NCBI RefSeq assembly: GCF_001194135.2
Contig: NC_068989.1
Coordinates: 79,289,589-79,328,578, forward strand
DNA length: 38,990 nt
Direction: 5' to 3'
From: Octopus bimaculoides
Lineage: Eukaryota
Below, piece after piece: positions 9,668 to 20,422 of the stretch. Numbering within the stretch: position 1 is the first letter of the stretch; the number at the start of each line of letters is the position of its first letter. The notes under the pieces were generated by a model, which was given only the letters and a program-made list of their open reading frames with translations, ran no database searches and was not told the origin of the DNA. The translations under genes and the position numbers were made by a program.

Positions 9668-10429
9668 GTATGATTTTGTCTCTTCAGTGATAGATACCAC
9701 CTCAGTCATTTAAAGCTAGATAGGAACATCCGTTCCTATATAAAAAAAAAAGCAGGAAACGAAATTTTTGTTGGCGTGTGCTGAGGCTTGCCAAGCTGGA
9801 ATTAATTCTGTATGAGTATAGGAAGCAGTAAGTGTCAAAATAATGATGTGTGCGTTTATTTTTAACACGCTCTTACACACTTTTTCTGTATATTTTCGAA
9901 ATTTTAATGCCTATTTGTAATTGTATTCGTTTAAATGTCATTGTTTTTAGTGAATTTTTCTCGTTATTTCTGTATTTCTTTTACAGTCTGTGATTTTCTT
10001 TTCAGAATTTTCAACGCAAAATTTTTTCGAATATCTTGTGTGTGTGAAAGCAGCTACCGCCCCTGTCTTTAGCATCTCAGACAGCAAAGATATATTGTTA
10101 TATATATATATATATATATATTTATATGCAAAAAAAAACAAACAAAAAAAAAAACGAAAGCTTACTAAATATAATATTGAGATTATTCAAAAGTAAAACA
10201 TTATTTCTTCTGCTGTTAGCTAAAAAGGGTGGACAATCAAAAATTCCAAAGCTTAAATATACAAAAATAAATAAATAGTAAATAAATAAAAATAAAATAA
10301 AATTGTGTATGATGTAAAACATGGAAATATTCCAAAACTTCAATGAACTCCGTTACGAACGTCTGCTCATAGCAAACAACAACAACAACAACAATAGTTG
10401 TTTCTAAATTAAGCACAAGACAAGCAATA

Positions 10430-10592
10430 TTACGAGAGGGTGTTTGTTAGTCGATGCCACTGACTTCAGTACTGTGACTGGTACTTTACTTCAACTCAGA
10501 AAGAATGAAAGGCTAAGTTGATCTTGGCAGAACTTGAACTCAGAACATAAAATGTCGAATACTGCCATACTAACGATTCTACCAATCCACAG
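10430..10592 (-). mobile_element. Decayed family A SINE
   Basis: GACTGGTACTTTACTTCAACTCAGAAAGAATGAAAGGCTAAGTTGATCTTGGCAGAACTTGAACTCAGAAC...CTAACGATTCTACC. Confidence 0.7.
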
Positions 10593-10643
10593 CTCTTTTT
10601 ATAATATATAGCATACTACATCATAATATTTCTTTCTAATAAA

Positions 10644-10852
10644 GCGGCGAGCTGGCAGAAACGTTAGCACTCCGGGCGAAATGTTTAGCGGTATTTCGTC
10701 TGCCGTTACGTTGTGAGTTCAAATTCTGCCGAGGTCGGCTTTGCCTTTCACCCTTTCGGGTTCGATTAAATAAGTACCAGTTACGCACTGGGGGTCGATG
10801 TAATCAACTTAATCCCTTTGTCTGTCCTTGTTTGTGCCCTCTGTGTGTAGCT
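10644..10852 (+). mobile_element. Family A SINE, tail type A1 (monomer, 3' truncated)
   Basis: GCGGCGAGCTGGCAGAAACGTTAGC head, GAGTTCAAATTC B-box, GCTTTGCCTTTCACCCTTTCGGGTTCGATTAAATAAGTACCAG central domain, TTTGTCTGTCCTTGTTTGT tail. Confidence 0.9.
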
Positions 10853-11464
10853 TCTTATTATTATCATATGTTTGGCTTTTACTTTGTATTTGTACAAGCT
10901 GACTCCATGTCTCACCCAGAAACCTCAAGAGACAACAAGTTGTAGGGAGACAAGTTATCGGTCTATAATTTTGTGGGTTTGCCGTTTATCATCAACATCA
11001 TCATCATCATCATCGTCGTAGTCGTCATTATTATTATTATTAGTAGTAGTAGTAATCATTGTAGGGGTTGTAGTGATAGTGGATGTGGTGGTAGATGTAA
11101 TTGTTGTAGTGGTGGTGGTGGTTTAGGGGTTTAGGTGATAGTGATGGTGATGATGGTAGTGGTAGCGAATGTAGTTCTAATAGCTGTGGTGGCGGTGGTC
11201 GTAGTGGTGGTCGTAGAAGAGTACTACTACTACTACTACTAGTAGTAGTAGTAGTAGTAGTAGCAGTAGCAGTAAGTTTTGTTAACCCACATGTCAGCTT
11301 TGACGGAGCAAGTAATAAAACAAAAACAAAACAAACACAAAGAGAAAGCCTTCCAGCTGCGACCACCCGGACATTTTATCATCGAACACAGTCTATCTAG
11401 GAGTAAATTATCAAAAATGTCCTTCCTTCCTTCCTTCCTTCCTTCCCTTTTTTGTTGTTCTTAC

Positions 11465-11545
11465 ATTTAGTTGGGTCTTGAAGGAGAAAACTTAGCTGTT
11501 ATTTATAGCAGGTCAATACACCACCCAAGGTTCCTTCGTTGACTC
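11465..11545 (-). mobile_element. Family D fragment
   Basis: Reverse complement TTGACCTGCTATAAATAACAGCTAAGTTTTCTCCTTCAAG matches the family D core. Confidence 0.5.
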
Positions 11546-11859
11546 ATTGGCGATGGGAATGCGTTGGCGTTAGTGGTGATGGTGTCAACGGTATAGTGTA
11601 TATGGCGTGGTTAGTGATGTTGTTGTTACTGTTGTGGTAGCATTTGGTTGTGGAAGTGTCGCTGGTGATGACGTCATAGTTTGTAGGCCGTGTGTCACAT
11701 TCCAGCGGAAAACCGACCTCTCCTGTTGCACTTTGTTGAGACTAATAGATTGGGTTTGAGATCGTCAACCTGTTTGACTGGCCATTAAATGTCGCGTTTG
11801 ATATAATGTTATGTAATAAGGTTTACTTCCATTACTGTAAAGTCAATAAAAGTATACAC

Positions 11860-12500
11860 ACACACATACAAGTACATAGACATACGCAAACATGCACACA
11901 CACATACAAACACATACATATATTGAGAAACATTCACACACGCGCTCATAAACTGAGGCACGCACACGCAAACACACACACACGCACACACAAATACATA
12001 CATATATTGAGAAACATTCACACACACACTCGTAAGCTGAGACACACACACGCAAACACACACACGCAAACACACACACGCACACACACAAATACATACA
12101 TATATTGAGAAACATTCACACACACACACACACTCGTAAACTGAGGCACACACACATACTCTGAGATATACACACACTCAAACATAATCATATGCACACT
12201 GACAAATACACACACGCAGACATACACACGCATCGAGGCACACATACACACACTGATACACGCGCGCACACACACGCACACTGAAACACACACATATACA
12301 CACACAGGGGCACAGAACACATGCACATATACACACTGAAATATCTACACACACACACAGTGACACACACACGCACACATACACTTGGGACACACACATA
12401 CACGCATTGAGACACAGATATGTACATAGACTGACATACACACGCCGAGACGCACACTGACACATTGACATACAGTCACTAACACAGACACTAAGATCCG

Positions 12501-12537
<37 letters not shown>

Positions 12538-12552
12538 TTACACATACACACA
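11860..12552. repeat. CA-rich compound repeat with a 3-copy higher-order unit
   Basis: TATTGAGAAACATTCAC at 11921, 12005, 12103, each followed by CTC(A/G)TAA.CTGAG.CAC. Confidence 0.9.
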
Positions 12553-12556
12553 CAAA

Positions 12557-13095
12557 ATGGTAGGTGTTATTTCAGTGGCAGTGATGTCTGACAACTCTAG
12601 ACCGGTATTTCTCATGAAGGGAGTTGAGGGATCCTTCTTCCTCTTCACTCGTTTCCTGGAGGTGGGTGGAGCCTTCCAGGATTGCAAAGAGAGCGGACAA
12701 ATTGACAAGCGTAATAAAATTACTTTGCAATCACGTGGTTTCGACTTTGGGCAATTGTCGTTTATTATAGCCCAAGGCCAACCAATGGATAGTTCTCGTT
12801 TCTGGTGCTTAAATATTTGCTGCTGTTGAGGGACGTTACCGATTTCTAGCTCTGATGACTTGTTCTGGTTTCCGGTGCCAACGTATTTGATTTTGTTGAA
12901 AGTTACTGATGTCTAGTTCTGGGTTCTGGTTAGACTTACTGTTGTCAAGTTCTGGGTTCTGCTACCAATATATTTGATTTTGTTGAGGGCTGTTAACGTT
13001 ATGGTTGTGCTTTTCTGATTTTTGGGGGCCAGTACATTTTGTTCTGTCGAGATTGTTAGGAGTCATCGTTGTGAAGTTCTGATTTTCGTTTTGTT
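12557..13095 (-). pseudogene. Decayed coding-like island with degenerate 64-87-nt repeats; origin unknown
   Basis: Minus-strand units translate as LNKIKYIGSRTQN, FNKIKYVGTGNQN, LNSSKYLSTRNEN; stops and frameshifts present; long open frames downstream. Confidence 0.25.
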
Positions 13096-13098
13096 TAT

Positions 13099-13310
13099 GG
13101 CGGTGAGCTGGCAAAATCGTTTGCACGCCGGACAAAATATTTAGCGGTATTTCGTCCATCTTTACGTTCGTAGTTCAAATTCCGCCTAGATCAGCTTTAC
13201 CTTTCATCCTTTCGAGGCTAATAGAATAAGTACTAGTTAGATACTGAAATCGATATAATCGACTTATTACCTCCCCGAAATTGTTGGTCTTGTACCAAAA
13301 TTTGAATTCA
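13099..13310 (+). mobile_element. Family A2 SINE
   Basis: GGCGGTGAGCTGGCAAAATCGTT head, GTTCAAATTCCGCC, CTTTACCTTTCATCCTTTCGAGG, tail GAAATTGTTGGTCTTGTACCAAAATTTGAA. Confidence 0.85.
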
Positions 13311-13779
13311 ATCTATACAACGGTTACACTTTGACACTTTGAATAACCGCTGTATACAACGTTGTATTGATTTGCTGTTGATGTTAGTATATTCGTTACA
13401 GTTGAGTTATCGTTTTGTTGCTCTGGCCTATGGTATCAATACATCAGCTGTTGTCGAGAGCTGTTAGAGAAGTACCGTTGTGTAGTTTTGGTTTGACTTA
13501 TGACTGTCAATACTTTTACTGTTGTTGGTTTGCTAGAATAACGGTTGTGTCGTTCTTTTACTGAGCTCTACTGCTTCTGCTGTTGATATTGCTGTGCTGT
13601 TAATGCTACTGTTTCTGCTGCTGCTGCTGCTGTTGTTGTTGTTGTTGTATATGTAATTAGATTCTAGGATCAAAATAAACATCTCTATAAATGACTTCTA
13701 TGTTTATATTCTTTCTTACAATATTTTATACTGGAATAAAAATAGAAAAGATAAAAGATTCTTTCCTCCTTTGCCCTCT

Positions 13780-14229
13780 TACTCTATCCTCCTCCTCCTC
13801 CTCCTCCTCCTTCCTTCTTCCCTCCTTCCTTCTTCCTTCCTTCCTTCCTCTTACCGTTCTCTTCTACACTACTTTCTTTCTTACGATTACTCCCTCAACA
13901 CNNNNNNNNNNNNNNNNNNNNNNNNNNNNNNNNNNNNNNNNNNNNNNNNNNNNNNNNNNNNNNNNNNNNNNNNNNNNNNNNNNNNNNNNNNNNNNNNNNN
14001 NNNNNNNNNNNNNNNNNNNNNNNNNNNNNNNNNNNNNNNNNNNNNNNNNNNNNNNNNNNNNNNNNNNNNNNNNNNNNNNNNNNNNNNNNNNNNNNNNNNN
14101 NNNNNNNNNNNNNNNNNNNNNNNNNNNNNNNNNNNNNNNNNNNNNNNNNNNNNNNNNNNNNNNNNNNNNNNNNNNNNNNNNNNNNNNNNNNNNNNNNNNN
14201 NNNNNNNNNNNNNNNNNNNNNNNNNNNNN

Positions 14230-14275
<46 letters not shown>

Positions 14276-14545
14276 TTCATTCTACACTTTCCTCTCTTTC
14301 CAATGTATAAATTTAGGTCTTTCAGTTTGTCTACGTCTTTTTCTACTCTCTTTTCATGCTTCTTTTTTTTTGTTTTGTTATTTCTGTCATCTTCATTCCT
14401 TTTCATCTTTCCTGCCTGCTTTCTTTCGCTACTTTCTTCTTTTTCTTTCTTTCTTCCTTTCTTTCTTTCCTCCCCTCTTTCTTTCTTCATTCATTTCTTT
14501 CTTCCTTCCTATCTTTCTTTTTTTCTTCCTTTCTTTCTTTCGCTA

Positions 14546-14577
<32 letters not shown>

Positions 14578-14903
14578 AATTTCTATCCTCTTCCTCCTTC
14601 TTTCGTCCGTCCGTTCGTTCGTTCGTTCCTTTCTTCCTTCCTTCCTTCCTTCCTTCCTTCCTTCCTTCCTTTCCCTCATTTCCTTCCTTCCTTCCTTCCT
14701 CTCCAAATTCTTTCCTTTTTAAATCTTGTTCTTCTCTCCTTCATATACTCCTGTCCATTTTCCCATTTTTCTTCTTCCTTCCCCGTGTTTTCTCTCTCTC
14801 TGTCTCTCTTTCTGTCTCACATATTTTCCAGCTTTTCTTTCCCCCCACTTCTTCCTGTCAGTCTCCCTCTACTTCTTTCTTTATATTTTACTCTTTTCCG
14901 TCT

Positions 14904-14956
<53 letters not shown>

Positions 14957-15108
14957 TTACCTACCTACCTGTCAGTCTGTCTGTCTGCCTGCCTGCCTGT
15001 CTGTCTGTCTGTCTGTCTGTCTGTCGGTCTATGCCGACTCACACTCTTCCTATTACCCATCTTTCACGATCCTTTCCTCCTCCTCTTCTTTCTCACCACC
15101 ACCACCAC
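13780..15108. repeat. Pyrimidine-rich simple-repeat complex: (TCC), (CT), (TTTC), (TTCC), (TATC), (TGTC); includes gap 13902-14229
   Basis: Direct reading. Confidence 0.9.
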
Positions 15109-15679
15109 NNNNNNNNNNNNNNNNNNNNNNNNNNNNNNNNNNNNNNNNNNNNNNNNNNNNNNNNNNNNNNNNNNNNNNNNNNNNNNNNNNNNNNNNNNNN
15201 NNNNNNNNNNNNNNNNNNNNNNNNNNNNNNNNNNNNNNNNNNNNNNNNNNNNNNNNNNNNNNNNNNNNNNNNNNNNNNNNNNNNNNNNNNNNNNNNNNNN
15301 NNNNNNNNNNNNNNNNNNNNNNNNNNNNNNNNNNNNNNNNNNNNNNNNNNNNNNNNNNNNNNNNNNNNNNNNNNNNNNNNNNNNNNNNNNNNNNNNNNNN
15401 NNNNNNNNNNNNNNNNNNNNNNNNNNNNNNNNNNNNNNNNNNNNNNNNNNNNNNNNNNNNNNNNNNNNNNNNNNNNNNNNNNNNNNNNNNNNNNNNNNNN
15501 NNNNNNNNNNGCTATGATATTTATCTATTGACAACAAACCACAGCACACATCGATTAACATTAGGTCCCTAGATCCATAAGGTCCACGGGCAACTTCCCA
15601 GTGTTCCCTTACCACTATCTCCTCTCTTTTCATTCGCTATTACATTTCATCATACAATTTGCATAACGGCAGATAAGCC

Positions 15680-15900
15680 TACTTAGGAGCCTCGCTAAAT
15701 GGCGCTCGGCCTGTTAGATATAGCAGCTGAATATCATATCCCTCAAATCACTCCCTATGATCTTAGACAATGAAGCATAGGACAATGTGGTCCGGGATGC
15801 TGCACTCACTGTGCCACCTTGATAAATCACAGACAAGATAATCTTGACTTGGAATTGCCTTTGATCAAAAGCTTTCTTAATTAGGGTTGATCAGAGGGTT
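15680..15900 (+). mobile_element. Family D repeat
   Basis: GGAGCCTCGCTAAATGGCGCTCGGCCTGTTAGATATAGCAGC...CCCTCAAATCAC...GGAATTGCCTTTGATC. Confidence 0.55.
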
Positions 15901-16210
15901 AATGTCTGTTATGTAATGTAGTGAGTTGAAAACTGTTTAATTAATAGAGATTATTCAAGCAATTAGTTGACAAATATCCCTACAGAGGCGTTCAAAATAA
16001 CAACTAAGAGAACGTAACTTCTGTAAGTTCAGATAATGGAAATTTTTGATAATGTAGGCAATGCAGATTTGAAGTGGATCTGCTCTTTAAATCCAATTTG
16101 TGAAAGCAACGACCGTGTTTCAGTATTTTAAATCTCTTCAGGGGAATGTATTTTAATAAGTAACCAAGACTATGAGAAGCATATGGGAATTGATTTTTCA
16201 AAAGATATAG

Positions 16211-16257
<47 letters not shown>

Positions 16258-16387
16258 AGTGTGTATGTGAGTGTGTATGTGTGTGTGTATTTGTGCGTGT
16301 TTGTCTATATGTGTCTGTAGTCATGTGATAGATGAGAAGGTTATTGTTGGAACGCTTTTGATCATTGGTGTTTGCGCGATCAGGGCG

Positions 16388-16776
16388 TTGTTGTTGGCAC
16401 TCCGTCGCTTACGACGTCGAGGGTTCCAGTTGATCCGATCAACGGAACAGCCTGCTCGTGAAATTAACGTGCAAGTGGCTGAGCACTCCACAGACACGTG
16501 TACCCTTAACATAGTTCTCGGGGGATATTCAGCGTGACACAGTGTGACAAGGCTGACCCTTTGAAATACAGGCACAACAGAAACAGGAAGTAAGAGTGAG
16601 AGAAAGTTGTGCTGAAAGAGTACAGCAGGGTTCGCCACCATCCCCTGCCGGAGCCACGTGGAGCTTTTAGGTGTTTTCGCTCAATAAACACTCACAACGC
16701 CCGGTCTGGGAATCGAAACCCGCGATCCTACGACCGCGAGTCCGCTGCCCTAACCACTGGGCCATTGCGCCTCCAC
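16388..16776 (-). mobile_element. Full-length tRNA-derived SINE (family C; Nin/Deu-like central motif) with target-site duplication
   Basis: A-box TGGCCCAGTGGTTAG (16764-16750), B-box GGGTTTCGATTCCC (16721-16708), (AAC)n tail; perfect direct repeat GATCAGGGCG at 16378-16387 and 16777-16786. GCACGTTAA...GGAACCCTC...ACGGAGTGCC resembles the Nin domain from memory. Confidence 0.9.
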
Positions 16777-17089
16777 GATCAGGGCGTACATGGAGCTAAA
16801 CGACAGCGATGAGAACAGAAACAAGAAGAACAACAACAACAAGTTTGATGACAATTACTACAAGAAGAACATCAACGACAACTCCTACAACAATGGAAGT
16901 AGAAACAGCTGAGACGTCAACACCAGCAACGGTTCAGCTCAAAAATCAACATTAATTACAGAATTATTCCTGGCTAATTTCTATTACTTCCCCCGCTTAA
17001 CATATTTCTATGATTCCGTATTTGTTTGTTTGTTGCTTTGTTTAGCAATTTATTTTTATTCATTTTTTTCACATCCTTTTTCTTCATCC

Positions 17090-17285
17090 ATCTCTCTCTC
17101 TCCCTCTTTCTCTCTCTCTCTTGTTCACCCCCACACACACTCACTCTCTCGTTCACTTTCTCTTTCTTTATTTTTCACACACACACACACACACACACTC
17201 TCTCTCTCTCTCTCTCTTTTTCACACACACGCACACACTCTCTCTCTCTTTCTCTCTCTTTCTCTTTCTCTCTCTTTCTCTTTCC

Positions 17286-17333
<48 letters not shown>

Positions 17334-17440
17334 TTCTCTCTCTCTCTCTTTCTCTCTTTCTCACTCTCTCTTTCTCTCTCTCTTTCTCTTTCTCTCTCTC
17401 TCTCTCTTCCTCTTTCTCTTTCTCTCTCTCTCTCTCTTTC
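17090..17440. repeat. (CT)n/(CA)n compound microsatellite
   Basis: Direct reading. Confidence 0.95.
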
Positions 17441-17717
17441 ACACAACCGACCACTTAAAAAATAGCAAACTATTCTTAGCTGTGTATGTTCGTGCGCGCG
17501 TATTTGAGTGTGTGTATGTGTGAGTGATTGTGTGTTTGTGACTATATGTGTCTGCAATCGTGTAATATTTACACACACGCACACACGTCTGTGAGTGTGT
17601 GTGTGCGTGCGTGTGTTTCATTAAATATACGACTATGTTCATGTTTATCTTTTTCTATTTTATGTTTCATATTTTCTTATTAGCCTTTTCGCAGTTTGTT
17701 TGGAACAGCAGAGTTCC

Positions 17718-17760
<43 letters not shown>

Positions 17761-18547
17761 NNNNNNNNNNNNNNNNNNNNNNNNNNNNNNNNNNNNNNNN
17801 NNNNNNNNNNNNNNNNNNNNNNNNNNNNNNNNNNNNNNNNNNNNNNNNNNNNNNNNNNNNNNNNNNNNNNNNNNNNNNNNNNNNNNNNNNNNNNNNNNNN
17901 NNNNNNNNNNNNNNNNNNNNNNNNNNNNNNNNNNNNNNNNNNNNNNNNNNNNNNNNNNNNNNNNNNNNNNNNNNNNNNNNNNNNNNNNNNNNNNNNNNNN
18001 NNNNNNNNNNNNNNNNNNNNNNNNNNNNNNNNNNNNNNNNNNNNNNNNNNNNNNNNNNNNNNNNNNNNNNNNNNNNNNNNNNNNNNNNNNNNNNNNNNNN
18101 NNNNNNNNNNNNNNNNNNNNNNNNNNNNNNNNNNNNNNNNNNNNNNNNNNNNNNNNNNNNNNNNNNNNNNNNNNNNNNNNNNNNNNNNNNNNNNNNNNNN
18201 NNNNNNNNNNNNNNNNNNNNNNNNNNNNNNNNNNNNNNNNNNNNNNNNNNNNNNNNNNNNNNNNNNNNNNNNNNNNNNNNNNNNNNNNNNNNNNNNNNNN
18301 NNNNNNNNNNNNNNNNNNNNNNNNNNNNNNNNNNNNNNNNNNNNNNNNNNNNNNNNNNNNNNNNNNNNNNNNNNNNNNNNNNNNNNNNNNNNNNNNNNNN
18401 NNNNNNNNNNNNNNNNNNNNNNNNNNNNNNNNNNNNNNNNNNNNNNNNNNNNNNNNNNNNNNNNNNNNNNNNNNNNNNNNNNNNNNNNNNNNNNNNNNNN
18501 NNNNNNNNNNNNNNNNNNNNNNNNNNNNNNNNNNNNNNNNNNNNNNN

Positions 18548-18588
<41 letters not shown>

Positions 18589-18614
18589 AATGTGTGTGTG
18601 TGTTTATAGATATT

Positions 18615-18963
18615 AGGCGTGGCTATGTGGTATGAAGTTTGCTTTCCAGTCGCATGGATCCGGGTTCAATCCCACAGCTGTTATAACTTCGGGACAACTA
18701 GAACCTTGCGAGTGAATTTGATGGACGGAAACTGAAAGGTGTATGTGTGTCATTTGTAAGTGTTTGTCGCCTACCACCGCTTGACAACCGGTATTTGTGT
18801 GTTTACGTCCCCGTGACATAGTGGTTCGGCCAAAGTGACCGATAGAATAAGCACCAAGTTTAAAATAGAATAAGTACTGGTGTCGATTCGTTCAACTAAA
18901 GTTCTTCAATGCGGTGCTCCAGCATGGCCGCAGTCGAATGACTGATACCAGCAAAAGATAAAA
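18615..18963 (+). mobile_element. Family B SINE with internal deletion of the CORE-like box
   Basis: Head GGCGTGGCTATGTGG...GGGTTCAATCCCAC jumps to TATAACTTCGGG; 3' half colinear with 27252-27659. Confidence 0.85.
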
Positions 18964-19011
18964 CGTGCGCACACACACAAACGTGTGTGTGTGTGTGTGT
19001 GTGTACGTGTG

Positions 19012-19158
19012 TTTTATTTCGGTACAAGGCCTGCAGTTTCAGTTAGAGAAGGTAAGACGACACCGTTGACACTAATATTGGACAGGAACTTATTTTACCG
19101 ATTCCGAATGAATTAAAGGCAAAGTTGACCTCATTGGAATTTGAACTCACAACGTATA

Positions 19159-19160
<2 letters not shown>
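19012..19160 (-). mobile_element. Family A2 SINE, 5' truncated and decayed
   Basis: GGTACAAGGCC...AAAGGCAAAGTTGACCTCATTGGAATTTGAACTCACAACGTA. Confidence 0.7.
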
Positions 19161-19224
<64 letters not shown>

Positions 19225-19529
19225 NNNNNNNNNNNNNNNNNNNNNNNNNNNNNNNNNNNNNNNNNNNNNNNNNNNNNNNNNNNNNNNNNNNNNNNNNNNN
19301 NNNNNNNNNNNNNNNNNNNNNNNNNNNNNNNNNNNNNNNNNNNNNNNNNNNNNNNNNNNNNNNNNNNNNNNNNNNNNNNNNNNNNNNNNNNNNNNNNNNN
19401 NNNNNNNNNNNNNNNNNNNNNNNNNNNNNNNNNNNNNNNNNNNNNNNNNNNNNNNNNNNNNNNNNNNNNNNNNNNNNNNNNNNNNNNNNNNNNNNNNNNN
19501 NNNNATCTATCTATCTATCTATCTATCTA

Positions 19530-19793
19530 CCGTAGGCTTTTCTTTCCACGGCCAAACCTAAACTGTCCTCCCCTCCTTTTACACGAGAACATTACTGTGT
19601 GATACACGATCCCTATTGATCGCCCTTTTTTTTTTTTTTTTTTCGATCCCTTTTGATTGAACTCCCCCCTTTTTCCTTCCTACGATCCCTTTTGATCGAC
19701 ACCCCCCTTTTTTCCCTTCCCCCTCCCAAAAAGAAAAGCTCTACATTGTATTTGTCCCATCTTCGTTGAGCCCTGTGTGGCTAATAAAAGAAA
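19530..19793 (+). mobile_element. Probable 3' UTR fragment of a non-LTR retroposon embedded in (TATC)n
   Basis: Ends GAGCCCTGTGTGGCTAATAAAAGAAAT then a (TATC) tail; contains three CGATC-loop-GAT(C/T)G hairpins; 5' side also (TATC)n. Confidence 0.5.
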
Positions 19794-19798
19794 TGTAT

Positions 19799-19846
19799 CT
19801 ATCTATTATTCTAGCTAGCTAGCTAGCTAGCTAGAATAATAGATAG
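19799..19846. repeat. Perfect 48-bp palindrome centred on (CTAG)n
   Basis: CTATCTATTATTCTAGCTAGCTAGCTAGCTAGCTAGAATAATAGATAG equals its own reverse complement. Confidence 0.95.
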
Positions 19847-20197
19847 CTAGCTAGCTAGAATAATAGATAGATAGCTAGCTAGCTAGCTAGCTACTTAACC
19901 TACCTACCTGAAGGTATTCGTCTAGTTACCTACCTTGTCAGCTGGACGACTATCTGTCTGCCAGGGTTTCTGTGCGTGTCTTTGTAATTAAGCAAATAGG
20001 TGTATATTTGGCTGGTTAGAATGTTAGAAAGAAAGAAAGAAAGAAAGATATAGAGATAGATAGATATATAGATAGACAGACGGATAGATAGATAGATAGA
20101 TAGATATCCGAAAAATGAGATAGACAGACAGACATATAGATATAGATATATATATAAATACATAATTAGATTGAGAGGCAGATAAACAAATAGATAA

Positions 20198-20259
<62 letters not shown>

Positions 20260-20392
20260 TCTGCAGTAGATAAATGGACAGACAGACAAACAGGCAGACA
20301 GGTGAATGCATACCTACCTACCTCTCTATCTACAACTTTAGCTGCTTCTTATTCGCTCTTCACCCCTCCCACTCTCTGTCTCTCCTACCGCA

Positions 20393-20422
20393 CCGCCATC
20401 TTTTTCACTATTCCGCCATCTT
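20393..20422 (-). promoter_or_regulatory. Pair of YY1/Pho-type motifs
   Basis: CCGCCATCTT at 20393-20402 and 20413-20422 (AAGATGGCGG on minus) in a CpG-bearing pyrimidine-rich stretch. Confidence 0.3.

Noticed and set aside
9720-9739. 8-bp hairpin ATAGGAAC/GTTCCTAT next to an A-run (terminator-like)
   Set aside because: Several stems this size are expected by chance in about 31 kb of AT-rich DNA, and intrinsic terminators are not relevant in this eukaryotic context.
11471-11511. Apparent plus-strand exon LGLEGENLAVIYSR after a good polypyrimidine tract
   Set aside because: It is the antisense strand of a family D repeat and the donor (GTCAAT) is poor.
2242-11676. Three full CRE palindromes TGACGTCA (2242, 9635, 11669)
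   Set aside because: Dispersed over 9 kb with no clustering or shared context; mild excess only.
11905-13095. Regularly spaced repeats as a CRISPR-like array
   Set aside because: Units are degenerate, spacers are CA-runs or homologous to each other, no cas genes, and the context is an animal genome.
16700-16776. tRNA-like sequence with A and B boxes (also heads at 10644, 20815, 27252, 30281)
   Set aside because: No closing acceptor stem; each continues into a SINE body, so these are SINE heads, not tRNA genes.
16790-16912. Asn-rich 40-aa ORF beside the family C insertion
   Set aside because: Degenerate (AAC)n trinucleotide repeat.
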